From a virus, in IMG/VR virus record IMGVR_UViG_3300020045_010174, positions 678-64,677 of that record: a stretch of DNA of 64,000 bases; one strand, 5' to 3'. The notes under the pieces are model-generated. The model was not told the DNA's origin. It saw nothing but the letters and a program-made list of their open reading frames with translations, and did no database searches. Shown in pieces: positions 30,208 to 39,074 of the stretch. The position numbers and the translations under genes were made by a program. Every line of letters begins with the position of its first letter. Positions within the stretch are counted from its first letter, which is position 1.

Positions 30208-30388
30208 AGTAGGTGATGTATTAAAACGAGTTGGACCTCTCTGGGATTCGAGATGGTTGGGTGCATTTGTAATAGTAATTTTTATTGATGAAGAATATAT
30301 GTTGTATAGATATCCTTCACATGCTATATCAAAGCATTCTTCTGGTCATGTATCCAAAGAAGACTTTGATTCATTTTCATATCCATAG
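30200..30388 (+). CDS. tandem mini-gene family member B9
   Basis: 'MYKVGDVLKRV...FVIVIFI...LYRYP'. Confidence 0.55.
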   Translation: MYKVGDVLKRVGPLWDSRWLGAFVIVIFIDEEYMLYRYPSHAISKHSSGHVSKEDFDSFSYP

Positions 30389-30398
30389 GATAATATTT

Positions 30399-30608
30399 AT
30401 GACGATTAAAGTTGGTCAAGTATGGCGCCGAGTAGGAGAAGCATGGTCTATATATTATAAAGAAAAACCCGTTGTTATTATACAGGTATCTCGTATCGGA
30501 GTTAAGTATAGATATACAGATCAACATGAACAAGAGCATGTTGATGGTGAAATATTATCATTCAGTAGATTTGAAGATATTTTTAGATTGTGGAAGGATG
30601 TGGATTGA
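30399..30608 (+). CDS. tandem mini-gene family member B10
   Basis: 'MTIKVGQVWRRV...VVIIQV...KYRYT...FRLWKDVD'; internal ATG of the six-frame ORF 30285-30608. Confidence 0.55.
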   Translation: MTIKVGQVWRRVGEAWSIYYKEKPVVIIQVSRIGVKYRYTDQHEQEHVDGEILSFSRFEDIFRLWKDVD

Positions 30609-30817
30609 TGACGGTTGAAGTTGGACAAGTATGGGTGAGATATGGAGATACCTGGCTACCAGATGATCGTGAGAATCCAGTCATTATTATAAGCGCGACT
30701 ATTCTTGGAATTGTATATAGATATTTAGATATGTATGAAGAAGAACATGCTTGTAGTAGTGAGTGGCCAATAGAACAATTTGAAGAATCTTTTAAATTAT
30801 ATAAGGATGTGAAATAA
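30608..30817 (+). CDS. tandem mini-gene family member B11
   Basis: 'MTVEVGQVWVRY...VIIISA...VYRYL...FKLYKDVK'; ATGA overlap with B10. Confidence 0.55.
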   Translation: MTVEVGQVWVRYGDTWLPDDRENPVIIISATILGIVYRYLDMYEEEHACSSEWPIEQFEESFKLYKDVK

Positions 30818-31048
30818 TGAAAGGTGAAATAAGTATGGGTCACGGAGATAGATTGGTTCTATCCAATGAAGATGGTGTCCGAATGTTAGAAATCCAGAAG
30901 ATGGGTAAATTATTTTACATCAACCCAATTCCAAATTGTGTAATGGAATCACCCAGTGAAGATTGTGGATCAACAACCATAGGTACAAGAAAGAGGAAAT
31001 CATCATGTCTGAAAAAATTCATAACTATAGAATAATTGTGGAGAGAGA

Positions 31049-31561
31049 ATGTCAAATAAAATAAAGAAAGCAGAGTCATTAGCTCGCTTTGTACATGAAG
31101 GTCAGAAGAGAGGAGACGGAGAAAATTATATTAAACATTGCGAACGAGTAGTAGACGAGACAAGAAAATATATATATAGTCATTTCGAAAGTAAAGAACA
31201 ATCGGAAAATCTTATTTGTGCAGCATGGCTTCATGATTGTATCGAGGATGCAGATCTCAAACTTGAAATGAATGACTTTATATTGAAAGCATTTGGTTAT
31301 GATATATGGGATATAGTTGCAACACTGACACATGATCCTAAACTTGAATCTTATAATCAATATATCGAGGGAGTATTCAAACACCCCACAGCATGGCAAA
31401 TCAAGTGGCTTGATATGATAGATAACACATCATACAAGACCACAAAGAAACAAATTATTAAATACAAAGATGCCTGCACACACTTAATGATTCATGGGGT
31501 TACTGTGCCCCCAATCCTAATAGAACGATTAGGACTTTCAGAATCATCAATTGATGAATAA
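31049..31561 (+). CDS. HD-domain phosphohydrolase, RelA/SpoT-type (p)ppGpp hydrolase-like (small alarmone hydrolase / Mesh1-like)
   Basis: 'ARFVHEGQKRGDGENYIKHCERV' (H...GxxRxxGxxYxxH) followed by 'AAWLHDCIEDADL' (HD...ED), the signature arrangement of the SpoT hydrolase HD domain. Confidence 0.6.
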   Translation: MSNKIKKAESLARFVHEGQKRGDGENYIKHCERVVDETRKYIYSHFESKEQSENLICAAWLHDCIEDADLKLEMNDFILKAFGYDIWDIVATLTHDPKLESYNQYIEGVFKHPTAWQIKWLDMIDNTSYKTTKKQIIKYKDACTHLMIHGVTVPPILIERLGLSESSIDE

Positions 31562-31574
31562 AAGAGGTTTAAAT

Positions 31575-32471
31575 ATGAGTAATGAAAAAATCGACAAAGG
31601 AATCTTCTTCGATATAGATTCTTATGGAGATATAACAAAAATGCACTACGAGAGGATAGTAACGACAGTGATATTAGTATTATTACTTTCGTCAATGATC
31701 TTGGGTGGAATCTATCGTATCAATACAGGTGAAGGTGCTATCCTCACCGGAGCAAGTGGAGTAAAAGAACCTATCACAAAAGTAGGATGGGGTTTAAAAG
31801 TCCCAGTATTTTCAAGCATTGAAATCAAAACTGTTGTGAATAGAAACATTTACTTCCCATCGGACTATGTTGCATTGGAAGCTAATTTTAAAAGTGATTC
31901 GCAGACCGGCGCAATAGGTATCGATATCAAAACAACGGATGATAAAGTTGTAGACACTGGCGCAGTAATGACATATTCAATCACCGATCTATATCAATAT
32001 GGTGTAATGAATGCATACCCAGAAGAACAATTACAAAAAGCATTCGATGCAGCAGTGTTTAATCATCTGCAGACACTCGATTCAAACAAGATCACCAGTG
32101 AAATTTCCACAGTAAATGCTGAATTATTAACTAAAATAAAAGCATCAAACCTGGAACAGCAGTATGGTATTGTAGTGACATCAGTCCAATTACTGAGGCC
32201 AACATTCACCAAGGAAGCACTTAGTGGATTATCACAGAAACAGGCGATCCAAGCAATAGCAGAAGGTAAACTCAATGCAGCCAAATCCGAAGCCTTAGCC
32301 ATCGAAACTATAGCAATGGCTACTAAGAATCAGGCAGATACATTGGCTGGTATTAGTGACGAGCGGTTAGCATACACTGCCAAGATGACTCTATACAATA
32401 ATCTGAAAGGCCAGACAAATGTAATATGGGTTATCCCAGACAACGTGAACTTAAATCTAGTTGCAAAGTGA
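31575..32471 (+). CDS. SPFH/band-7 (stomatin/prohibitin-like) membrane protein
   Basis: N-terminal TM 'IVTTVILVLLLSSMILGGI', then an SPFH-like core and a coiled-coil 'QAIQAIAEGKLNAAKSEALAIETIAMA'. The ATG at 31575 has an 'agagg' SD; the upstream ATG at 31551 overlaps the previous gene. Confidence 0.55.
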   Translation: MSNEKIDKGIFFDIDSYGDITKMHYERIVTTVILVLLLSSMILGGIYRINTGEGAILTGASGVKEPITKVGWGLKVPVFSSIEIKTVVNRNIYFPSDYVALEANFKSDSQTGAIGIDIKTTDDKVVDTGAVMTYSITDLYQYGVMNAYPEEQLQKAFDAAVFNHLQTLDSNKITSEISTVNAELLTKIKASNLEQQYGIVVTSVQLLRPTFTKEALSGLSQKQAIQAIAEGKLNAAKSEALAIETIAMATKNQADTLAGISDERLAYTAKMTLYNNLKGQTNVIWVIPDNVNLNLVAK

Positions 32472-32503
32472 GGATATATTCCTCCTTTCTTTTTTGGAGG
32501 ATT

Positions 32504-32695
32504 ATGGAAATTGGTTCAATTGTAAAAATTAAAGATAATGCTGGGACATATGGAGAAGCACTCGGAGCAATTGGTATATGTACACGTATAGAATATATTG
32601 CAAGAATTAAAACTATTCTAATATATGTAAGGATTCCGGGTAGGTTATCACACACGGGTGTAATGTTACTTGAGACGGAGGTAGACTTAATATGA
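32504..32695 (+). CDS. small protein distantly resembling the tandem mini-gene family
   Basis: 'MEIGSIVKIKD...GAIGICTRIEYI...'. Confidence 0.35.
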   Translation: MEIGSIVKIKDNAGTYGEALGAIGICTRIEYIARIKTILIYVRIPGRLSHTGVMLLETEVDLI

Positions 32696-33585
32696 TAGAT
32701 ACAACTATAGGTAGCGATCCAGAATTCATGATTATAGATTCTAATGGGGAAATATTACCAGCAGTTAAAATTTTATCGGGATGTGATGATTGCAATCCTT
32801 GTGATACATGTAGTAAAACACGCGACGAGGATGCGTGTGTTCGTGGATGTGGTGGGGATTGTGATGTATGTCATATGTGTAGCAGTGAACCAGGAAATTG
32901 CGATTCATGCTATGAATGTCAGGAACCTCTGGAACATTCGGAAGTTGGTATAGATGGGAACAGTACAGTTGGAGAACTTCGACCGATTTATTCATTTGAT
33001 CCTATAATGCATCATGCAGCCATCAAATCATTGATTCGACATATTAATCTTCCAAAAGAATATAAATTATTGGGAGGTACAGTACAATGTGGATTTAAAC
33101 TGGGAGGACATATTCATATAGGTTATAATGAATCTGGTATTGATAATGATCATTTCGCAAAATATCTTTCATACTATTGTGGGATACCCCTCAAGAGAAT
33201 AGAGAATCCAGACGATATTGAATGTCGTGGTAAATACGAGGAGACATATGGATACTACGGTTCTTATCATGATACTGATTATGGTATAGAATTTAGAATG
33301 CCTGCATCATGGTTAGTTGATTCTACCATTGCAAAAGCAGCATTGTGTTTAGCTAAGGTGGTAGCATATGAATATCTCAATGTGGATTCATCAGCTGATG
33401 TTGACTTATCTCATGATGAGTATGTGGAATTACTTGATGCTAGAAACATAGATGATATCATAGAAGAAATAAAAGATATGGAAGAATTTTCTAAATATGC
33501 TAATGAAATAAATCCCCTGCTTACAATGATTGAGAATCATCAAACATGGGATACAGATAAAAACATACGGGAGAACTGGAAATGA
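32692..33585 (+). CDS. Amidoligase_2-family (glutamine-synthetase-like) amidoligase paralog 1, with Cys-rich N-terminal insert
   Basis: 'IGSDPEFMII' N-terminal motif and 'LGGHIHIGY' / 'YGIEFRMPASW' core, shared with the ORFs at 39834 and 42237. A 60-aa insert carries ~16 Cys ('CDDCNPCDTCSK...CGGDCDVCHMCSSEPGNCDSCYECQEP'). Confidence 0.6.
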   Translation: MIDTTIGSDPEFMIIDSNGEILPAVKILSGCDDCNPCDTCSKTRDEDACVRGCGGDCDVCHMCSSEPGNCDSCYECQEPLEHSEVGIDGNSTVGELRPIYSFDPIMHHAAIKSLIRHINLPKEYKLLGGTVQCGFKLGGHIHIGYNESGIDNDHFAKYLSYYCGIPLKRIENPDDIECRGKYEETYGYYGSYHDTDYGIEFRMPASWLVDSTIAKAALCLAKVVAYEYLNVDSSADVDLSHDEYVELLDARNIDDIIEEIKDMEEFSKYANEINPLLTMIENHQTWDTDKNIRENWK

Positions 33586-33893
33586 AACTAAAAAAATTTA
33601 TATTGTATCTGATGGAATGGTTGACCCCCTCCTGTACCGCAGCATACATTGTCTTAACAGATAAGATACAGTGGGGGACATATATGTTTTGGGGATATGC
33701 GGTTAACATCCCCTCATATATCTTGGCATCACTCGCGGGTGCAGCTATCTTTTATTATCTGAATAAATATATATTTAAATCAGATGTAAAAGAAGTAATA
33801 GTAACAGTTGATGGCTCTACTTATACCATGCGTGATGGTGATAATATTAGAGCAGTTAATAATATAGTAATCGTAAAACATAAGGAGGTATAA
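33582..33893 (+). CDS. small TM hypothetical protein
   Basis: Two hydrophobic helices. Confidence 0.4.
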   Translation: MKLKKFILYLMEWLTPSCTAAYIVLTDKIQWGTYMFWGYAVNIPSYILASLAGAAIFYYLNKYIFKSDVKEVIVTVDGSTYTMRDGDNIRAVNNIVIVKHKEV

Positions 33894-34041
33894 GATGGAA
33901 AATTTTATTGAAATTGCACCCCTAACACCGTTTATAGAGCGAGAGGTTTTTGAAGATACAAGACATGTGTTTGCAAAACCCCGGGAAATATTTGCACAAA
34001 CAGATACGACAACAATCACTAAACCAACATGAGGTGAATAC

Positions 34042-34410
34042 ATGACCAAAAAACAAAAAGAAAGGACGTGGAAAAATCCAGAAGAACCTCCACACAACGT
34101 TTATTATTTTATTGATCATCTTGATCCCCAGAAGAGATTGAGAGTGTGGGGAGGACAACACATGAATGATGTAATTGAGTCATTGAAGCCCTCAAATTAT
34201 TTAACCGAGTTTGTTCGGTTCATGAAAGGCTGCGACAGCCTTAGCCGATGTTATCCACTCCATGAAGAATTGGGTCATGTTGACGAGATTCGACTTGAAT
34301 TTTGGTCACGATATCAAACAAAAGTTAAGACAGTAATAAAACCAATGATCAAAAGAATGATAAAGGACGAGATAAAGAAGGATTTGGAGAGGATGAAATT
34401 TTATGAGTGA
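34042..34410 (+). CDS. hypothetical protein (122 aa)
   Basis: ORF with 'gaggtga' SD. Confidence 0.45.
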   Translation: MTKKQKERTWKNPEEPPHNVYYFIDHLDPQKRLRVWGGQHMNDVIESLKPSNYLTEFVRFMKGCDSLSRCYPLHEELGHVDEIRLEFWSRYQTKVKTVIKPMIKRMIKDEIKKDLERMKFYE

Positions 34411-34828
34411 TGAAGTTTTTACTCAAATAATTTTTCCTCCACTCCCCAAAGTAATTTATAATCAAACGCCTTTGGCAAACCAACGGTTTGATATCAATAA
34501 CAAACCAATGAAGTCAGAAATTCCAACGTACAACGTTCCACCAGATAAACCATATTGGTTTGAATTTTATCCCGACAGATCGGATTTTATGTGTAAGTGT
34601 CCTGCATGTAATTTGGTATATTGTTATAGTTCAATGCGACCCGATACGGATCCTGATGCATTGATGAAGACAGTCCTTGCTTTAAAATCGTATTATAATC
34701 AGGAATTTGAATGGTTCTGCCCCAATAAAAAAGATCATGAAGTAATATCATTCAATGATCGAAGGAAGGCGAACGAAGGATACGAGGAATATTCCGAAGA
34801 ATACTGGTCGGAGTTCATGATGAGGTAA
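34403..34828 (+). CDS. 'FTQIIFPP'-tagged Zn-ribbon protein 1 (candidate substrate / precursor of the ligase locus)
   Basis: 'MSDEVFTQIIFPPLPK...' then a variable body with 'CKCPACNLVYCY...FCPNKKDH'. Confidence 0.55.
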   Translation: MSDEVFTQIIFPPLPKVIYNQTPLANQRFDINNKPMKSEIPTYNVPPDKPYWFEFYPDRSDFMCKCPACNLVYCYSSMRPDTDPDALMKTVLALKSYYNQEFEWFCPNKKDHEVISFNDRRKANEGYEEYSEEYWSEFMMR

Positions 34829-34830
34829 GT

Positions 34831-35124
34831 ATGGATAATGTATTTACTCAGATAATATTCCCACCCAAACCAAGACAAGAACTCGTTATAAAATCAAGCG
34901 GTGATAAAGATATAGATTATTGGGTTGTTGCAGAAGAATCGCATAAGGCATTATATGTTCAATGTCCCATCTGCTATACTTCGTTTAGATTGGCAATGGT
35001 TATGAATGAGGCAGCATTGAAAGAATATATAAATAGATATCCTGATATGTATTACAATGCGGCAATCAGAGAATGCCCGGAAAAAGATAAGCATGGACAA
35101 CAAGTCTGGCACACGGTGATATGA
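34831..35124 (+). CDS. 'FTQIIFPP'-tagged Zn-ribbon protein 2
   Basis: 'MDNVFTQIIFPPKPRQ...QCPICYTSF...ECPEKDKH'. Confidence 0.55.
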   Translation: MDNVFTQIIFPPKPRQELVIKSSGDKDIDYWVVAEESHKALYVQCPICYTSFRLAMVMNEAALKEYINRYPDMYYNAAIRECPEKDKHGQQVWHTVI

Positions 35125-35125
35125 A

Positions 35126-35443
35126 ATGGAAACTTTTACTCAGATAATATTTCCACAGAAGAAAAAAGATACTCCATTACTAATGAAACCCGCGGGATCT
35201 ACAGATGGAAAACAATTCATATTTTGGTTTAAGGATGTATTGGATTATAATACTAAGGAAGAAGAATCATTCGTTATGGTAAAATGTCCAGAATGTAATT
35301 TTATCTACGAGTTTATTAAAATAGATCCCAGACAAAAAGAATTGATAAATGAAAATCTCCACACAAATCTATCCTACTATAAAATACGTGCAATAAGCGG
35401 TTGCCCAAGATGTAAAGGAAATTATAATTCGGGGTATGCATGA
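35126..35443 (+). CDS. 'FTQIIFPP'-tagged Zn-ribbon protein 3
   Basis: 'METFTQIIFPQKKKD...KCPECNFIY...GCPRCKG'. Confidence 0.55.
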   Translation: METFTQIIFPQKKKDTPLLMKPAGSTDGKQFIFWFKDVLDYNTKEEESFVMVKCPECNFIYEFIKIDPRQKELINENLHTNLSYYKIRAISGCPRCKGNYNSGYA

Positions 35444-35690
35444 TCATTCAAATCCTGGAAGAGTCAGATCGTTTTCTTGTTCAGGAAATGGAAGATATGG
35501 AATTTCATCTTTTAGAAGAAATAAAATATTCCGATTTAATAACATATCAAAAGTGGCTTAAAGAGCAACTTGAGTTGATAGATAAAATATTTAAATAGGA
35601 GGAATTGTTATTTGGGAAGAATTTATAGGGAAAAGAATATATGTAAAAAGATTTGATACAGATGATACTTACGAGAATCTCAGTATAGAA

Positions 35691-36041
35691 ATGATGACAG
35701 TATTGGAAATAATACCAATCATAAGAAATACTTTGGCAAAAATACTTACGAAAAATAATCTTATCAATTGTATATATCCTTCGGCATACGAGGTTTTAAG
35801 TTCGGAATCTCTTACTGAATCCACGGATGATTGGAATCAATATGTGGGGAAACGTATTTTAGTTTCACAACATGATAGAGAGGAAGATAGAACGTTGGGG
35901 TATCCTATACAAGAGTATCTTGTTGTGGCAACGAAAGGAAAGTATGTCATGTTATATGATGTAAATACCCGTGATGAAGTTTATGGGCATCAGGTAATAT
36001 GGAGAGATACAAACGATTATGATGTATTGGGTACGTTGTGA
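35691..36041 (+). CDS. hypothetical protein
   Basis: ORF; 4-nt gap/overlap to the next. Confidence 0.4.
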   Translation: MMTVLEIIPIIRNTLAKILTKNNLINCIYPSAYEVLSSESLTESTDDWNQYVGKRILVSQHDREEDRTLGYPIQEYLVVATKGKYVMLYDVNTRDEVYGHQVIWRDTNDYDVLGTL

Positions 36042-36440
36042 ATGGTAAATACATATAAAATATTATTCAAGAAGAATGGTATTCGGGTTACTCCCAGTAG
36101 ATTGCGGGGAGCCGATGCTCGCATATTCCAATTACATCTTAAAAGGTTGAGTAAAGGATTTGAAGATAACCACACCGATGTATTGGATAATATAGCTTTA
36201 TTAGTTGCTATAGATGGAGAAGAGCATTATCGAAAAAGAGACAATTTAAAAAAGAAAGAGATATTAACAATAGATGATATGATCATCGACTACGAGCTAA
36301 ATAATATAACTCATATATTAGTCGATGGCATACTCACTAAAGACAAAAATACTCTGCTGGATAATATCTATGTATTAGAATTGTTTAGTGAGAGTATGTA
36401 TCAATCTCCTCAACTCGATGCAAAACTAAGAAAGAGGTGA
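36042..36440 (+). CDS. hypothetical protein
   Basis: ORF. Confidence 0.4.
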   Translation: MVNTYKILFKKNGIRVTPSRLRGADARIFQLHLKRLSKGFEDNHTDVLDNIALLVAIDGEEHYRKRDNLKKKEILTIDDMIIDYELNNITHILVDGILTKDKNTLLDNIYVLELFSESMYQSPQLDAKLRKR

Positions 36441-36526
36441 TATAATGACAGAAGAAGAAGAAAAAGAAGTGAAGGTATTTGTACCCCACGACACTCGGAT
36501 GTTGATATATGATCCCGAATTAACGG

Positions 36527-36892
36527 GTGATACATATGTTTGAAAAAGGAGACGTGGTTAAATATATTGGTGATAGCCAGCGATGGAAAAATAAAGAATT
36601 TACAATAGTAAATGATCCCGTTCAACGTGATCGTAGTGTACTTCATTGTATACGAAATAATATGACATATTTTAGGATATTTACTACAGATCAAGTGGAG
36701 AAAGTAGAATCAATTCCTAAATTTCAAACGGGAACTATTGTTGATGTTAAAACTTTAATTTACAATGATCCAAATAGAATTGGTATTATTAAATTATCAA
36801 ATCATTTGGGATCAATTGTTAGATATCCACTCGGTGGATTCGCTCATAGAGAAGATTATATTCCAAATAGTAGGCTGAGGTTATCAAAATAA
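36527..36892 (+). CDS. tandem-duplicated SH3/KOW-like small-barrel protein (two G-x-V-V/I-x-V repeats)
   Basis: 'FEKGDVVKYIGDS...' and 'FQTGTIVDVKTLIYND...' internal repeat. Confidence 0.35.
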   Translation: MIHMFEKGDVVKYIGDSQRWKNKEFTIVNDPVQRDRSVLHCIRNNMTYFRIFTTDQVEKVESIPKFQTGTIVDVKTLIYNDPNRIGIIKLSNHLGSIVRYPLGGFAHREDYIPNSRLRLSK

Positions 36893-37282
36893 TGGAAATA
36901 AATGTAAAGGATGTTATAGAAACAGTTTCATTATCGAATGGATTTATATTATTTCAAAATGATACTGGATACTATCTGGGAATAGTGTGTGAAAATACGG
37001 GTATCGCAGCCGTTCATGCGATCGATAAAAGAACATATGAGTGTGTAAAAAGACGAGAAGGCAAGAAACAATGATGGATACATTACTTCTATATGCAAAT
37101 TATCAGTATACTATAAAGGTTACTGATGTCCTTGTAGATATGTATGTGAATAATTATCCGCATATAAGTGGATATGGTATATCGGTTATGCTCCCCGATC
37201 ATCATACCAAGAGAGCGGGAATAGCAAAAGGATTATTATCCGATATTCCAAATCATGGAGCTATTATAACAGAGGTAGAATA

Positions 37283-37570
37283 ATGACATTGGATGACTTG
37301 GTATTAGAAATATATACCGATATGAAAAAAGCATTTGCTGATGGTAATGCATTAGTATATGCTAATAAATTGGCGCAAAAAATAATGATAGTAGAAGGTT
37401 CAAGGGAAACAGTAAGTAGAGCAGAAACAACTAGACCAGTGATCTCTCAACCCAGGCCAGTACAACCTGCCGTGGAAGTGAGAGAAGAACTGCGTGAAGT
37501 TCCTAGACCTCCGGCGAGAACAAATACAGCAACTGAGCAAAGAGATAACGTGAGAGTATCACGGGGTTAA
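37283..37570 (+). CDS. hypothetical protein with Pro/Arg-rich tail
   Basis: ORF immediately upstream of the ATP-grasp. Confidence 0.4.
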   Translation: MTLDDLVLEIYTDMKKAFADGNALVYANKLAQKIMIVEGSRETVSRAETTRPVISQPRPVQPAVEVREELREVPRPPARTNTATEQRDNVRVSRG

Positions 37571-37580
37571 GAGGTAGAAT

Positions 37581-38312
37581 ATGCCAGATTTTATATTATA
37601 TCATGAAAATAGTTTAGATACGGGAAAAGCTTTACAGAGAGCACTTGGAATCGAAGGTGGAGAACATATGCCAGATAGGAGATATGATCATCTTATCAGA
37701 TGGGGGAACCGAGAAAAAATCCACTATGCATCACCAAAGACACTTAACAAATCATCGGCGATGGATAATGCATCTAACAAAACAAGAGCGATCGAAGTCA
37801 TGCAGGCGAATGGAATTTCCCATGCACCAATAAAAACAAGGTTCGATGGAGTTCTTCTTCTTGCAAGAAAGTCATCTCATATGCACGGTTCGGGATGTTA
37901 TTTCGTGACATCACAGTATGACTTTGATAATGCCAGAAGAATCGGATGCACATCATTTACCGAGTTTATTCCAACCAAGCGTGAATTCAGAGTTCATGTG
38001 ATCAATGGAGAAGCTGTATTCATATTTGAGAGAGTATGTCCCAGCGAACCAGAGAGTCTCAACATAAGGAATGAGTGGAATGAAGAGAGAAGAACAGTAA
38101 ATGAAGTTCCTTCAACAGTTATTGCAGAAGCAATTAGGGTTGTTGAAGTCATGGGTTTACATTTCGGTGCGGTGGATATCGGGTTCAGTATGAATGATCG
38201 GCCATATGTGTATGAAGTCAATACAGCACCTGGTCTTGTGAATGATGATACCCATATGAAACCATCGTTCGCTGTATATAAGAATGCATTCGCTGCATGG
38301 TTAAGAACATAA
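37581..38312 (+). CDS. RimK-like ATP-grasp ligase (alpha-L-glutamate/peptide ligase family)
   Basis: C-terminal 'GLHFGAVDIGFSMNDRPYVYEVNTAPGL' matches the RimK/ATP-grasp 'G.D.AGVD.......V.EVN.SPG' signature; 'FRVHVINGEAV' is a central beta-strand motif. Confidence 0.7.
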   Translation: MPDFILYHENSLDTGKALQRALGIEGGEHMPDRRYDHLIRWGNREKIHYASPKTLNKSSAMDNASNKTRAIEVMQANGISHAPIKTRFDGVLLLARKSSHMHGSGCYFVTSQYDFDNARRIGCTSFTEFIPTKREFRVHVINGEAVFIFERVCPSEPESLNIRNEWNEERRTVNEVPSTVIAEAIRVVEVMGLHFGAVDIGFSMNDRPYVYEVNTAPGLVNDDTHMKPSFAVYKNAFAAWLRT

Positions 38313-38323
38313 GTTTGAGTATT

Positions 38324-38560
38324 ATGACAGATACATTTACTCAAATAATTTTTCCACCAAAAATAAAACCAATCGAACCCAAGCAATCTAATATAGTTAA
38401 TACGTTAGCAAGTATCTATGAAAATTCTAGTCGTAAATATACCCCCCTACAAGTTTATTGTAGTGAGAAGAGGGGGATGGTTTTACTAATAGGTTGTCTT
38501 AGATGTGAGAAAAGAACTGTTCCACTTGAATCGATATTCACAGTAATGATGGGGTGTTAA
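38324..38560 (+). CDS. 'FTQIIFPP'-tagged small Cys protein 4
   Basis: 'MTDTFTQIIFPPKIKPIEP...YCSEKRG...GCLRCEKR...MMGC'; internal ATG of the six-frame ORF 38297-38560. Confidence 0.5.
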   Translation: MTDTFTQIIFPPKIKPIEPKQSNIVNTLASIYENSSRKYTPLQVYCSEKRGMVLLIGCLRCEKRTVPLESIFTVMMGC

Positions 38561-38561
38561 T

Positions 38562-39071
38562 ATGTCTTTACTTATGATGCATATAAGTACCACGCAAACT
38601 GCATTAGAAACATTATTGCACGTATTTCATTCCCAAATGAATGGTGGATATAAAAATCTATCATTGAGTATTAAACATGTGGATGGCACTAATCAATGGG
38701 TTCGAGGAAATCTTGATACAGTATTTGGAAGTGATATAATATTAGATATGGAATATCATGATCTTGTCATACTTGAACATTACAATGATAGAAGTGCCAC
38801 CTCTACAACGTGGCTCAATGGGAACACGACACTGGCTACGTTGATCGATATGTACAGTGATCAAGAATACTGCATCATGGCAACTCTTGCGTCGGGTGGA
38901 CCGCATGCATATTTCATATTTAAAAATGAACCGATGTCGAGATATAAATTGTTGGGCAATGAAGTTATTTCTTTCTTTGTCCCGAACGGTGCAACACAGG
39001 TATCGATTATGAATAACATCAGCGGAAAATTAACATGTGATAGAGGTCTATCGCATATGATGAAATTATGA
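38562..39071 (+). CDS. hypothetical protein (169 aa) inside the ligase locus
   Basis: ORF; no recognisable motif. Confidence 0.4.
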   Translation: MSLLMMHISTTQTALETLLHVFHSQMNGGYKNLSLSIKHVDGTNQWVRGNLDTVFGSDIILDMEYHDLVILEHYNDRSATSTTWLNGNTTLATLIDMYSDQEYCIMATLASGGPHAYFIFKNEPMSRYKLLGNEVISFFVPNGATQVSIMNNISGKLTCDRGLSHMMKL

Positions 39072-39074
39072 GAG

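Noticed and set aside
22913-30817. Possible CRISPR array or diversity-generating retroelement suggested by the ~200-bp periodic repeats
   Set aside because: The periodicity comes from intact, translationally coupled protein-coding paralogs with SD sequences, not from short identical direct repeats with spacers. No reverse transcriptase or cas genes other than a lone Cas4-like nuclease occur in the window.
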